From an uncultured Clostridia bacterium (lineage in GTDB: Bacteria > Bacillota > Clostridia > Oscillospirales > Ruminococcaceae), in NCBI GenBank assembly GCA_947175385.1, contig CAMWMN010000001.1:1-63781 (forward strand): DNA of 63,781 nucleotides, given 5' to 3'. Below the pieces are notes generated by a model, which did not search any database, was not told where the DNA came from, and saw only the letters and a list, made by a program, of their open reading frames with translations. Both the position numbers and the translations under genes were made by a program. Below are positions 19,117 through 28,999 of this stretch, piece after piece. How positions within the stretch are numbered: position 1 is the first letter of the stretch; each line of letters begins with the position of its first letter.

Positions 19117-19146
19117 AGTCAGCCCTCCTTTCGGGGATTAACATTT

Positions 19147-20610
19147 TTATCGCAGATTGTTCGCGATTCTTGCCAACTCGTCCGAGGTCGACACCACGCG
19201 GGAACTTATCTGATAAGAACGCTGTGCCTCAATAAGCTTAACCATCATATCAGTCAAATCCACATTGGACGTGATAAGCGCTCCCTCTATCTTTTCCATC
19301 GTGTAGATCCACCCGCCGTTGCCGTCAGGCTCACGGCAAGCAACCGCCTCGCCGCTGCGCAGTGTCTGCACGTAACGGTTATTCGCGCCCGCCTCCAGTC
19401 CGAACGGGTTCGGGAATTGGAATACTCCCACTTCGCGCTTTACCTCAGCCCAATCGGGAACATTAGTATATTCGTCCGCTGCCGCTACCTGGATTCTGCC
19501 GTTGTTCATATCCAACACGAACTCGCCCTGATTGGTTGCGAGATACCACGCGCCGTCATCACCCTGACGTACATCGAATTTGGTGTTGCGTGTATAAACG
19601 ATTCCGTTTTCGCCCTCAACCGCGAAGAAACCGTCTGCGTTGTTCAGCTTTACATTTTCATACGAATCTGTATCCACGATTTTATCGATATTCGCGTTGG
19701 CTGTGGCGTTGCCGTCATAACGCGTTGTATCGTCCGTGTGGAGATTTTCGGGGTTCGCAAGGGTGAACACTCCGACCTGCGCCGCCGCTGCGTTCCAATC
19801 CACGCTGTTGAAATCTCCGATATGCTCGGCATCGGCGAAAGTCAGCTCAATCGGCTTATTATCCGCGTCAAGTATAAACTCGCTCTTCCACGAGCCGAGA
19901 TACCATTTGCCCTCGCTCTCAATCATCGCAAATCTGCCGTCCGTTGTGTAATGTGTTGCGCCCGACTTTTCACGAACCGCGAAATATCCGTTTGCGACGA
20001 GGGTTTGATTCTCAATGTCCGCTGCCGCACCTGTTACCGCAGTGATTTCATCATCGCTTGCGGGAGTGTAATCATAGCGTATCCTTTGCGCGTCAACATT
20101 ATCCATCGTGAACGTGCCGATTCTAGCACTGATGTCATTCCAGTTAATTCCCGCGCGGACGGATTCCTTTGAAACCTCCTCAAACGGGATAACAATGCGC
20201 TCTTGGTCGTAATTCAATACATACTCGCCGGAGCTTGAAATCAAGTACCAATCGCCCGAATCCGGGTCTTGCGTCATTCCAAAGCAACCATCGCGGGTAT
20301 AATTCACATCGCCATAGCGATCCTGAACCGCAAACCAACCCTCGCCGACAATTGCCATATCCTGGGGACGTTCGGTTTCGACAAAGTGCGATTCCGAAAA
20401 CATCAAGTCGGTTTTCTGGATATATGTTCCGTGACCTGTCTGCCAGTCGGGTTCGGGCGAACGCTCCTTGACATAAATGCAGTCCGCGAAGCTCGGACGA
20501 AGCGTCTGATAACCATTCGTGTTGACATTGGCAATGTTGTTTCCGTAGATGTCAATCGCCTTGCCCTGCGCTATCATCGCGGATTTTCCGGTGTGGAATG
20601 ATATATTCAT
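19147..20610 (-). CDS. flgG: flagellar distal rod protein FlgG-like with a triplicated central domain (487 aa)
   Basis: NNIANVNT.GY N-terminus, SNVDL..QRSY C-terminus; three G(W/Y/F)FAV..YT repeats. Confidence 0.8.
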   Translation of the reverse strand: MNISFHTGKSAMIAQGKAIDIYGNNIANVNTNGYQTLRPSFADCIYVKERSPEPDWQTGHGTYIQKTDLMFSESHFVETERPQDMAIVGEGWFAVQDRYGDVNYTRDGCFGMTQDPDSGDWYLISSSGEYVLNYDQERIVIPFEEVSKESVRAGINWNDISARIGTFTMDNVDAQRIRYDYTPASDDEITAVTGAAADIENQTLVANGYFAVREKSGATHYTTDGRFAMIESEGKWYLGSWKSEFILDADNKPIELTFADAEHIGDFNSVDWNAAAAQVGVFTLANPENLHTDDTTRYDGNATANANIDKIVDTDSYENVKLNNADGFFAVEGENGIVYTRNTKFDVRQGDDGAWYLATNQGEFVLDMNNGRIQVAAADEYTNVPDWAEVKREVGVFQFPNPFGLEAGANNRYVQTLRSGEAVACREPDGNGGWIYTMEKIEGALITSNVDLTDMMVKLIEAQRSYQISSRVVSTSDELARIANNLR

Positions 20611-20633
20611 TATTATTCTCCTTATTTTTAATA

Positions 20634-20745
20634 GCAAATTCAAAACCGCGCAAATGAAATCCGCTTTACAGATTTCATTTGTGCTTGCTAAGCGACCCGT
20701 TACACCGCTGTGCGGTGTAACGCGCCGCTTGCATTTTGAATTTGC
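20634..20745 (-). repeat. dispersed structured element, copy C (before the flgG RBS)
   Basis: Perfect GCAAATTCAAAA/TTTTGAATTTGC stem with two internal hairpins. Confidence 0.8.
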
Positions 20746-20840
20746 ACGAGTCGCCAATGGGGTGTTTCCGGTTATAACGCGCTATATTTGTGCCACTCGC
20801 TTTCGCAATTTGCATTTCACCCTAAGTACATAAATATAAA

Positions 20841-21605
20841 TTAAACCTTTTTGCACAGCGAGCTTGAGGTTGCATTCATACTATCAGCCATTTGCAGAAT
20901 TTTACTGTTGGTTTCAAACAGGCGAGTGCAGTTCATCATCATAGTAAGTTCGTAATTCCAGTCGATGTTTGAACGCTCGTATGCACCTTGAATGATTTCA
21001 TACCGCGTTCCCTCGGGAACGGGACGCGCGTCCACGGATGTAAACATATTCGCGCCGAATTTCGTCACATCTCCCTCAGGGTCTATGTAGCTCAAAAGCA
21101 GGCGGTCGACAAGCTCCCTTTCAACAGTTCCGTCATCGTTGGTGATTTTTTGGTAAATTGCGCCGTCCACATCAATTACAAAGTCCTTGTTGCCGAGGTA
21201 AATCTCGCCGTTTTCACCGAGAATCCGCCCGGAATTGTTCAGGCACAGATACCCTTCGCTGTCAAGTTCCCACTGACCATTGCGCGTGAGCATCGTTTCA
21301 CCGTTGTATCCCGCGATATTAAAGTAGACGTTTCCATTAATTCCCACATCAAACGGGCTTTCGGTAAACTCAAAGTTGCTCTGCTCAAGGTCGGTGTACG
21401 AGGTGTCCACAAACTGGTGCTTAAACGAGCCGGAAAGCGCTTGGCGATGCTTTACAAGAATCATATGCTCGTCAAACGTATTCGTGACCACCGTATCACG
21501 CTTATAACCCGCGGTACTCGCGTTTGAGAGGTTATTGCCGATGCAGTCGATCATACGCTGACTCATTATCATTCCGTTACACGCGTAATAATATCCTCTG
21601 TTCAT
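20841..21605 (-). CDS. flgF: flagellar basal-body rod protein (FlgF/FlhO-like)
   Basis: NNLSNASTAGYK, TRNG, ERSNID motifs. Confidence 0.75.
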   Translation of the reverse strand: MNRGYYYACNGMIMSQRMIDCIGNNLSNASTAGYKRDTVVTNTFDEHMILVKHRQALSGSFKHQFVDTSYTDLEQSNFEFTESPFDVGINGNVYFNIAGYNGETMLTRNGQWELDSEGYLCLNNSGRILGENGEIYLGNKDFVIDVDGAIYQKITNDDGTVERELVDRLLLSYIDPEGDVTKFGANMFTSVDARPVPEGTRYEIIQGAYERSNIDWNYELTMMMNCTRLFETNSKILQMADSMNATSSSLCKKV

Positions 21606-22363
21606 GTGAACCTCCTGTTTCCGAAATACGGCTCCAACTTTGCTTTCAACAGCAGCGTAGCCTTGGTATGAATCTGACACACGCGGCTTTCGGAAATACC
21701 GAGAGCCTTTGCTATGTCGGAATATTTCAGTTCTTTATAATAGTAAAGAGTGATGACTTGCCGTTCGCGCTCGTTCAGCTCCTCAATCGCCTTGGCAATC
21801 TCGCGGCGCGTTTCCTCTATAAGAATATTGCGGTCGGTGGGCGTTTCCAAAGACGGCTCATCGATGTTATCCTCGTAGAGCAGCTCCTCAAACGAAAGCG
21901 TCATCATTCCCGAGCACTCCGCCATTTGCCGCAGCAGCTTATCCTCGTCCATTTTCAGGTATTCGGCAAGCTCGGCGGTGGAGGGTGCCCTCCCACTTAA
22001 ATTATACAACATTTGATTGGCTTTGTCAAGTGTTCGCGCGAATTTTCTTATATTTCTGGGAACCCAATCCTGTTTTCGAATATAGTCGATAATTGCGCCG
22101 CGGATTTTCAGCACTGCGTAGGTTTCAAATTTCGCGCCCTTGGAATCATCATAGGTTTCAATCGCGTCCATCAGCGCGATTACGCCCTCGTTGATTACAT
22201 CGTCCACCTCTCCGTACTTGATATACATATTCCGCATAGAGAGCGCGCAGGAGCGTACCAACCCCATCGACTGCATTACAATTTCGTTTCGGAGCGCAAT
22301 GTCGCGCGATTGCCTATACGCGGCAATCCGCTCGGATATGGGGACTTGCAGTTCGTCACTCAT
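21602..22363 (-). CDS. fliA: FliA/WhiG/SigD family sigma factor
   Basis: KFETYA..IRGAIID.IRKQDWVPR, ISESRVCQIH. Confidence 0.93.
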   Translation of the reverse strand: MSDELQVPISERIAAYRQSRDIALRNEIVMQSMGLVRSCALSMRNMYIKYGEVDDVINEGVIALMDAIETYDDSKGAKFETYAVLKIRGAIIDYIRKQDWVPRNIRKFARTLDKANQMLYNLSGRAPSTAELAEYLKMDEDKLLRQMAECSGMMTLSFEELLYEDNIDEPSLETPTDRNILIEETRREIAKAIEELNERERQVITLYYYKELKYSDIAKALGISESRVCQIHTKATLLLKAKLEPYFGNRRFT

Positions 22364-22392
22364 CAAGCGCACCTCCCGAAGTTAATGAAAAA

Positions 22393-24480
22393 TCACCCCG
22401 CCATCACGTTCGCCGTCAGGCTGATATTGCCTATCGCCTGAATCTGCGCCGAGGCGTCAATCTCGCTGTACGACAGCACGGTTATGTTTGAAATGAACTG
22501 CTCGGTGAGTTTCTTGAAGTAGATTCTCACCACAGGCGAGGTCAAAATTATTACAGTCGGTATAACATCTTTGATTTTATCTATTTCGTTATTTGTCGCA
22601 GCGACAATGCTCTGAATAACATCGGGAGCCATTGCGAGGTAGCTACCTTGGTCGTTCTTCTTGACGGAGCTTACTATCATATCCTCAATCTGGGTATCCA
22701 GCGTAATTACACGCAAGGAGTTCGCCTCGGCAAAGCGGTGTGTAATCGTGCGCTTCAGCGACTGACGCACATATTCCGTTGCGATGTCAATGTCCTTGAG
22801 GACGTTGGTATGGTCGCCCAAGGTTTCGAGAACGGTTTCCAGATCACGAATCGGAATGCCCTCTTTAAGCAGATTCGCCAATACTTTCTGTAAATATCCG
22901 ATGGATATTACTTTCGGTATAAGATCGTCCACGACAATCGGGTTGTTCTTCTTGACATTTTCTACCATTGTGTTGACGTCTTGGCGAGAGAGCATTTCGT
23001 GCGCGTAATTCTTCATAATCTCCGACCAGTGAGTAATCATCACTGAAACGGGGTCGATAAGCGTATATCCCGCCACATCTGCCATAATTTTCTTGTCCTC
23101 GGAAATCCACTTTGCGGGCAGTCCAAATGCCGGCTCTACTGTGTCGATTCCCTCGATCTGCGTTGTGACATCGCCGCTGTCCAGCGCGAGATAGTGATCC
23201 ACCAGAATTTCGCCGCGCGCGACCTCCTCACCCTTAATCTTTATGATGTACATATTCGGGTTGATTTCGGGATTATCCGTCATTCGCACGGACGGAATAA
23301 CCATACCCATATCCATCGCAAACTGTTTTCGGAAGATAACCACGCGGTCTATGAAGTTTCCGCCGCTCTTTTCATCAACCAGTCTCAGCAATGAATAACC
23401 AAACTCCATCTCAATAGGTTCGACATTCAACAGCTTGAAAACGTTGTCGATATCGCGGTAGTAGTCGTTGTCCGTTTTGGGTTTGTCAAGCTCCGCCTGC
23501 TCCGCTTTCATACGTTGGGCAAGCTCAAGCTCTGCCATTTTCTTTTTGTTGCGCTCCAGCATAATCGCTCCCACAATCAGCAGAACGCCCAGAATCAGCA
23601 TTACAATCTTCGGGAATCCGGGGATAAACATCATTACGATAACCACGATTCCCGCAATCAGCATTACAAACGGCTGCGCGGTGAACTGGCTCTTGAGGTC
23701 ATGCATAAGGCTGTCATCGCTTGCCGCGCGGGTTACGATCATACCCGTTGCTACGGAAATCAGCAGCGCGGGAATCTGCGAACACAAACCATCGCCGACA
23801 GTCGCCAGTGAGTAGGTGTTCAGAATCGTGCCGAAATCGCCGCCGTTGCGCACCATACCGATGATTACACCGCCGATAAGGTTGACGAGCGTGGTGATGA
23901 TTGACATAATCGCGTCACCCTTAACGAACTTCGTAGCACCGTCCATAGAGCCATAGAAGTCCGCCTCGCGCTGAATGTTCGAGCGGCGGCGTTTCGCGTC
24001 CTCCTCGTTTATCAGACCGGAGTTCAAGTCCGCGTCAATCGCCATCTGCTTGCCGGGCATTGCGTCCAGCGTGAATCTCGCCGCAACCTCGGATACACGC
24101 TCAGAACCCTTGGTAATTACAATAAAGTTCACCAATACGATGATTATGAATATCAGAAATCCTACGATCGCGTCGCCGCCCATTACGAAGTTGCCGAACG
24201 CCTTGATTACCTCGCCCGCGTAACCTCTTGAAAGGATTCCGCGCGTTGTGGAGATATTCAGTGACAATCGCAAAACCGTTGACAACAGCAATACCGTCGG
24301 GAATACCGAGAACTCCAACGCTTCCTTTATGAACATCGTCATTATCAGGATAATCAGCGACAACGCTATATTCAGCATAATCATAAAATCCAGCAGCCAT
24401 GAAGGCAACGGAATGATAATTGCAAGAATTATGAAAATTATGAACAGAACCATTGAGTTGGCAAGTATTTTTCGTATCAT
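22393..24480 (-). CDS. flhA: flagellar export gate protein
   Basis: ERVSEVAARFTLDAMPGKQMAIDADL, DFYGSMDGA.KFVKGD. Confidence 0.98.
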   Translation of the reverse strand: MIRKILANSMVLFIIFIILAIIIPLPSWLLDFMIMLNIALSLIILIMTMFIKEALEFSVFPTVLLLSTVLRLSLNISTTRGILSRGYAGEVIKAFGNFVMGGDAIVGFLIFIIIVLVNFIVITKGSERVSEVAARFTLDAMPGKQMAIDADLNSGLINEEDAKRRRSNIQREADFYGSMDGATKFVKGDAIMSIITTLVNLIGGVIIGMVRNGGDFGTILNTYSLATVGDGLCSQIPALLISVATGMIVTRAASDDSLMHDLKSQFTAQPFVMLIAGIVVIVMMFIPGFPKIVMLILGVLLIVGAIMLERNKKKMAELELAQRMKAEQAELDKPKTDNDYYRDIDNVFKLLNVEPIEMEFGYSLLRLVDEKSGGNFIDRVVIFRKQFAMDMGMVIPSVRMTDNPEINPNMYIIKIKGEEVARGEILVDHYLALDSGDVTTQIEGIDTVEPAFGLPAKWISEDKKIMADVAGYTLIDPVSVMITHWSEIMKNYAHEMLSRQDVNTMVENVKKNNPIVVDDLIPKVISIGYLQKVLANLLKEGIPIRDLETVLETLGDHTNVLKDIDIATEYVRQSLKRTITHRFAEANSLRVITLDTQIEDMIVSSVKKNDQGSYLAMAPDVIQSIVAATNNEIDKIKDVIPTVIILTSPVVRIYFKKLTEQFISNITVLSYSEIDASAQIQAIGNISLTANVMAG

Positions 24481-24507
24481 AAAATTCTGTTCTCCTTATC
24501 TTAATTT

Positions 24508-24577
24508 GAAATTCCGAAACCGCTCTCTTCACTTCGTTCGCTATCCGAGCGCCACGGCACGCTTGCAGCTTCAGAAA
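24508..24577 (-). repeat. dispersed structured element, copy D (before the flhA RBS)
   Basis: Shares CTCGG.TAGCGAACGAAGTGA with copy G and CGGTTTCGGAATTTCAAA with copy H. Confidence 0.7.
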
Positions 24578-24597
24578 CCGCTTAATATTACAGGACA

Positions 24598-25662
24598 TCA
24601 CGCATGGAGCGACTTGCCCTTTTCGCGGTAAACCACCGTCAAAACCTCGGCGACCGCGTCATATAATTCATATGGAATCTCTCGCCCCAAATCGACCTCG
24701 GCATAAAGCGTCCGCGCGAGAGGGGGATTCTCCATACAATAGACATCGTTTTTCTCGGCGATTTCCACGATCTTCATCGCCAAATGATCCTTGCCCTTTG
24801 CCACCACAATCGGGGCGCGGTTCTTGTCCTGGTCGTACTTGAGAGCCACGGCATAGTGCGTCGGGTTACGGATTATTACGTCCGCGCCCGGAACCTCCTG
24901 CATCATACGGCTTTGAGCCATCTGCTGCTGCCGCTGCTTGATTTTGGACTTGACCTGCGGGTCTCCCTCCATCTGCTTGAACTCCTCTTTGACCTCCTGT
25001 TTGGACATTTTGAGTTTCTTTTCAAACTGCCACCACTGAAACAGGAAATCCCCCGCCGCCACGAACACCAACAGCACGCAAATCAGCATTACCAGGTCAA
25101 AAATCGACAGAGCCGCGTAGGTCAGACCTTGCATAAGCCCAACGTCCATCAGTGACAGAATCGTCGGCATACGCTTTTGAATCTCGTTGAAGATCATATA
25201 CCCGATGACCGCGACTTCGATAAGTCCCTTTAGAACCCCGACAATCGCCTGCATCGAGAACATCTTTTTAATGCCCTCAAGCGGATTCAAACGCGAAAAT
25301 TTCGGTTTGAGCGCTTTCATCGTGAACAGTCCGCGCGTCTGGGCAATCGTGGGAATAATTCCCAACAACATCGCCACCGCGCAAACCGGTCCGACAACCG
25401 CCACGAACACTGTCATCATATTCACGATAAGCGGCATAACCGTATCGGGATTCAGCTCATATGTGCCGCTGACCTCGTAGACCGTTGCGGTGTAACCCAG
25501 TATATTGCGCACCATAAAGCCCGCAAGCAGTCTCACCGCGGCGAAAAGCCCCAACACCGACGCAGCGGTGACGATCTCCTTCGACTGAAGAACATTGCCC
25601 TCTTTACGCTGATCGCGGCGTTTTTTGGGGGTGGCTTTTTCGGTTTTTTCTTCTCCCGCCAT
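24598..25662 (-). CDS. flhB: flagellar export protein
   Basis: EKTEKATPKK and the NPTH autocleavage motif. Confidence 0.97.
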   Translation of the reverse strand: MAGEEKTEKATPKKRRDQRKEGNVLQSKEIVTAASVLGLFAAVRLLAGFMVRNILGYTATVYEVSGTYELNPDTVMPLIVNMMTVFVAVVGPVCAVAMLLGIIPTIAQTRGLFTMKALKPKFSRLNPLEGIKKMFSMQAIVGVLKGLIEVAVIGYMIFNEIQKRMPTILSLMDVGLMQGLTYAALSIFDLVMLICVLLVFVAAGDFLFQWWQFEKKLKMSKQEVKEEFKQMEGDPQVKSKIKQRQQQMAQSRMMQEVPGADVIIRNPTHYAVALKYDQDKNRAPIVVAKGKDHLAMKIVEIAEKNDVYCMENPPLARTLYAEVDLGREIPYELYDAVAEVLTVVYREKGKSLHA

Positions 25663-25761
25663 TACTCAACCCTTACTACAATTTGCAAATTCCGCACAGC
25701 ACGGACGAGCTTCGCTCGTCACTTCAAAACTGTCCACTGTCAACTATACACTTTACACTGT

Positions 25762-26538
25762 CTACATCCATGTTGTTACTATTCCGTTGAGGTTCTCGAA
25801 CAGCAATGACATAAGCCTGCTCATAAATTCGCTCACCACTCCGCAGCTTGCCGCTAACACCACGAATCCCACCAACATCTTGATTTGGATATTCAGCACG
25901 AATACGTGGATACTCGGCACTGCTTTCATCAGCACTCCTATACAAAACTCGGAAATCAGCGATGCGGCTATAATCGGCATTGCCAGCTTTAGTCCCAGTG
26001 TAAGCACCGTTTCAAAGTAGTGAACCAAAATATACGAAATGTTAATATTGAAAGAGTTATAACCAATTGGAATAGAATCATAACTCACAGAAAACAACTT
26101 AATATAGCTCAAGTGCCCGCCCACTGCAAAGAAATACAACGTAAACCAATAGCTGTAATACTGCGTGGAAAGTCCTGCGTTACCAAAAGTTGGGTCGTAG
26201 CTCTTCGCCATTGAAAGCCCGAGCTGCATATCAGTAACCTCGCCCGCCATTGAGAGCACCTGAAGCATCAGATTTACAAGAAACCCCAAAACTGCGCCAA
26301 CCAACAGCTCCTTAACCAAATCGAACGCCAATGGGAGTAAACCCATCGGCATTGTGTACGCGAAATCGCGCGATTCGGTCATTATCACCGCCAGCATCAT
26401 TGATGCGCCGACCTTTATCGAGTTCGGCACGCCGTTACGTGACAATATCGGGTTGAATGAAAAAATCCCCGTTGTGCGTGCCAAAACCATCACATATACG
26501 ATAAGCTTGGTTTCGATTATCGTCCAAATTTCAGACAT
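25762..26538 (-). CDS. fliR: flagellar export protein
   Basis: Multi-TM, GE..D.QLG; position between fliQ and flhB. Confidence 0.92.
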   Translation of the reverse strand: MSEIWTIIETKLIVYVMVLARTTGIFSFNPILSRNGVPNSIKVGASMMLAVIMTESRDFAYTMPMGLLPLAFDLVKELLVGAVLGFLVNLMLQVLSMAGEVTDMQLGLSMAKSYDPTFGNAGLSTQYYSYWFTLYFFAVGGHLSYIKLFSVSYDSIPIGYNSFNINISYILVHYFETVLTLGLKLAMPIIAASLISEFCIGVLMKAVPSIHVFVLNIQIKMLVGFVVLAASCGVVSEFMSRLMSLLFENLNGIVTTWM

Positions 26539-26549
26539 AGGCTATTCCC

Positions 26550-26822
26550 CTATGTTATAGGCACTTGCGCCATCTTCTCGAAGATGAAGTTCACGAAATC
26601 GAGTATCTCATTAATCATCCAAGGCGCCATAAAGAACAGTGTCAGTCCTACCGCGATGGCTTTCGGCGCGAATGAAATTGTTTGCTCGTGAATTTGCGTT
26701 GCGGCTTGCAGAATCGCGATCACAAGTCCGACAATCATCGCCACCAACAGAATCGGCAGCGCCAATTTGAACGCCAGCATTATTGCTTCACGGAATATCT
26801 CCATTACAACGTCTTGCGTCAT
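26550..26822 (-). CDS. fliQ: flagellar export protein
   Basis: QAATQIHEQTISFAPK. Confidence 0.96.
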   Translation of the reverse strand: MTQDVVMEIFREAIMLAFKLALPILLVAMIVGLVIAILQAATQIHEQTISFAPKAIAVGLTLFFMAPWMINEILDFVNFIFEKMAQVPIT

Positions 26823-26848
26823 ATATTAAATACTCCTTATTTTGATTG

Positions 26849-27064
26849 GCAAATCGCAAAACGGGCAAACCTCACTCCGCTTCGTTCATTTGCCCTAGCC
26901 AAGTGTTACATTTCACCTTCGGTGCAATGTAACACTTACTTTTGCGATTTGCACGCGACTTATCTAAATGGCAAACCCCAAACCGTACACACCTTCGGTG
27001 TGTACTCGCTAAACGAACCCTCACACCTGCGATGCTTTGGCTTCACTTGACGTTTTGGGTTTGC
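26849..27064 (-). repeat. two tandem copies of the structured element (F1 26849-26952, F2 26971-27064)
   Basis: Closing stems GCAAATCGCAAAA/TTTTGCGATTTGC and GCAAACCCAAAA/TTTGGGGTTTGC; CACCGAAGGTG hairpins. Confidence 0.8.
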
Positions 27065-27101
27065 ACGCGACAATACAACAAAAATTTTAACTTCAGAGCA
27101 G

Positions 27102-28013
27102 CTATAAGTTGTAGCTTGCAACTATCGAGCTTATCATCAGATTCCAACCATCAGCCAGAACGAACACAAGTATCTTGAACGGCATTGAGATCATCGCGGG
27201 CGGCAGCATCATCATACCCATAGACATCAGCGTACTGCCCACCACAATATCTATTATCAAAAACGGAAGGAATATCATAAATCCCATCTGGAACGCGCGT
27301 TTCAGCTCGCCTATCATAAAACTCGGAATTATCACCGTTAGCGACAGTTCATTTTCCTTGTACTCGTCCGAAAGCCCATCTTCGGGAACTTCGGTTTTGG
27401 AAAGCTCCACGAAAAACTCGAGGTCATCATTGGTCGTTTGCTTGAGCATAAAGCGCTTGAGCGGCACGGAGGCGCGTTCGAGAGCCTCTCCAGTGGTGAT
27501 TTCCTCGTTTGCGTAGGGCTGATATGCCACTTCGTTTATCTCGCCGAATACTGGTGCCATAATGAATATCGTCAGAAACAGCGCGATGCCCGTAAGAACC
27601 ATATTCGGCGGAGTGTTCTGAGTCTGCATGGCGCTGCGCAGAAAGCCCAGCACGATGATGATCCGCGCAAAGCAAGTCATCATAATCAGCAATGACGGAG
27701 CCAGTGAAATAAGCGTCAGAAGCAGGATTACCTCCAACGGCTGTGAAGCGTCTACGCCGATTATCTGTTGAAGTAATGACGAACCGGGGTCTTGCCCCAC
27801 GCCCTCGGCGGGGGTGTTAAGATAATCTCCGGGACTGGTCGTGGATTCGGAAGTTCCCGAATCCGAAGAGCTTGATGTGCTCGTCCCATCGGCGGACGAT
27901 TGCGCGTAGCTCGTCAGGTTTACCGTCAACACCGCGAGAAATATTGTCAGAAAAAGTGAAACGGCAAACTTCAGCAACAGCCTTTTATCCGTTTCAAACA
28001 AACGTTTTATCAA
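27102..28013 (-). CDS. fliP: flagellar export protein
   Basis: MMTCFARIIIV, PPNMVL, MGMMMLPP..ISMPFK, DGW. Confidence 0.96.
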   Translation of the reverse strand: MIKRLFETDKRLLLKFAVSLFLTIFLAVLTVNLTSYAQSSADGTSTSSSSDSGTSESTTSPGDYLNTPAEGVGQDPGSSLLQQIIGVDASQPLEVILLLTLISLAPSLLIMMTCFARIIIVLGFLRSAMQTQNTPPNMVLTGIALFLTIFIMAPVFGEINEVAYQPYANEEITTGEALERASVPLKRFMLKQTTNDDLEFFVELSKTEVPEDGLSDEYKENELSLTVIIPSFMIGELKRAFQMGFMIFLPFLIIDIVVGSTLMSMGMMMLPPAMISMPFKILVFVLADGWNLMISSIVASYNL

Positions 28014-28026
28014 AACCGTACCTCCG

Positions 28027-28386
28027 TTACTTTTTCTTCTTCATATTCTCAAGGATTATCTTGAAACTCTCACCGAACGACGGATTCCCGCCGTTTGACT
28101 GTTCAGGTCGCGCGATAAGCTCCTCCTCGGTCTGTTCCAATTCCAGGATTTTCTCGGTGTGATTGGAGGTTATTCCCAACACCATACACTTCCCGCATAC
28201 ACTCACCAACAGCAGCATCTTATCCGGACCCAGGTTGATCCGCTCCAGAATCCGCATATTATGGCTGTCCGACATTGATATGCGGCGGTTCAGTTTTTTC
28301 ATCAGCCAGAAAATCACGAACACCAGCGCCAACACGCCGATAAGCGCCATTATCATCTGAAAATATTCCAAAACAGCGCCTCCCAA
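28027..28386 (-). CDS. fliO: flagellar biosynthesis protein FliO/FliZ-like
   Basis: N-terminal TM then the ILERINLG..K.L.LV pattern; synteny. Confidence 0.8.
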   Translation of the reverse strand: MGGAVLEYFQMIMALIGVLALVFVIFWLMKKLNRRISMSDSHNMRILERINLGPDKMLLLVSVCGKCMVLGITSNHTEKILELEQTEEELIARPEQSNGGNPSFGESFKIILENMKKKK

Positions 28387-28475
28387 TATTGTGATTAATT
28401 GCCTGATTCAACCATTCAAACCGCATAATACACCAAAAGGCGGGTGATTTTCCCGCCAATGGAATATGCAGTAAA

Positions 28476-28838
28476 TCAGCCGAGTACCTTTTTAACAGTC
28501 TGAAGAATTCTGTCTGCCTTAAAGGGCTTTACAATGAAGTCCATCGCGCCGAGCTTGATTGCCTCGACAACCATTGCTTCCTGACCCATCGCCGAGCACA
28601 TTACAACCTTAGCCATCGGGTCGCCCGCCTTGATGTCCTTAAGTGCATCAATGCCCGTCTTGTTCGGCATCGTGATGTCCATAATCACAAGGTCGGGCTT
28701 TTCAGCCGCGTAAACCTCACAAGCGATAGCTCCGTCTGCAGCCTCAAGGATATTTGTATAGCCGTTCTTTGTCAGCGTATCCTTGATGAGCATTCTCATG
28801 AAAGCCGCGTCATCTACCAGTAAAATCTTCTTGTCCAT
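28476..28838 (-). CDS. cheY: chemotaxis response regulator
   Basis: VDDAAFMR, MDITMP, SAMGQ, KPF. Confidence 0.95.
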   Translation of the reverse strand: MDKKILLVDDAAFMRMLIKDTLTKNGYTNILEAADGAIACEVYAAEKPDLVIMDITMPNKTGIDALKDIKAGDPMAKVVMCSAMGQEAMVVEAIKLGAMDFIVKPFKADRILQTVKKVLG

Positions 28839-28862
28839 TATCTCTTCTCCTTATTTAGATTT

Positions 28863-28946
28863 CAAATTGCAAACCGCTCACTTCGTTCGCTAGCCGAGCA
28901 ATTCTCCTCCGCTCCGCTTCGTCAAATTACTCGCTTTTGCAATTTG
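28863..28946 (-). repeat. dispersed structured element, copy G (before the cheY RBS)
   Basis: CAAATTGCAAA/TTTGCAATTTG stem. Confidence 0.75.
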
Positions 28947-28999
28947 GCGATTTAGATTTTCAAATCGTTCTGTTCAACCGTCAAAAATATGGGGCATCA

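Noticed and set aside
20611-20757. N-terminal ORF-track extensions of flgG (similarly cheD, flgF, ywqG-like and 12654-13052)
   Set aside because: They run through intergenic elements or upstream genes; RBS-backed ATGs lie downstream
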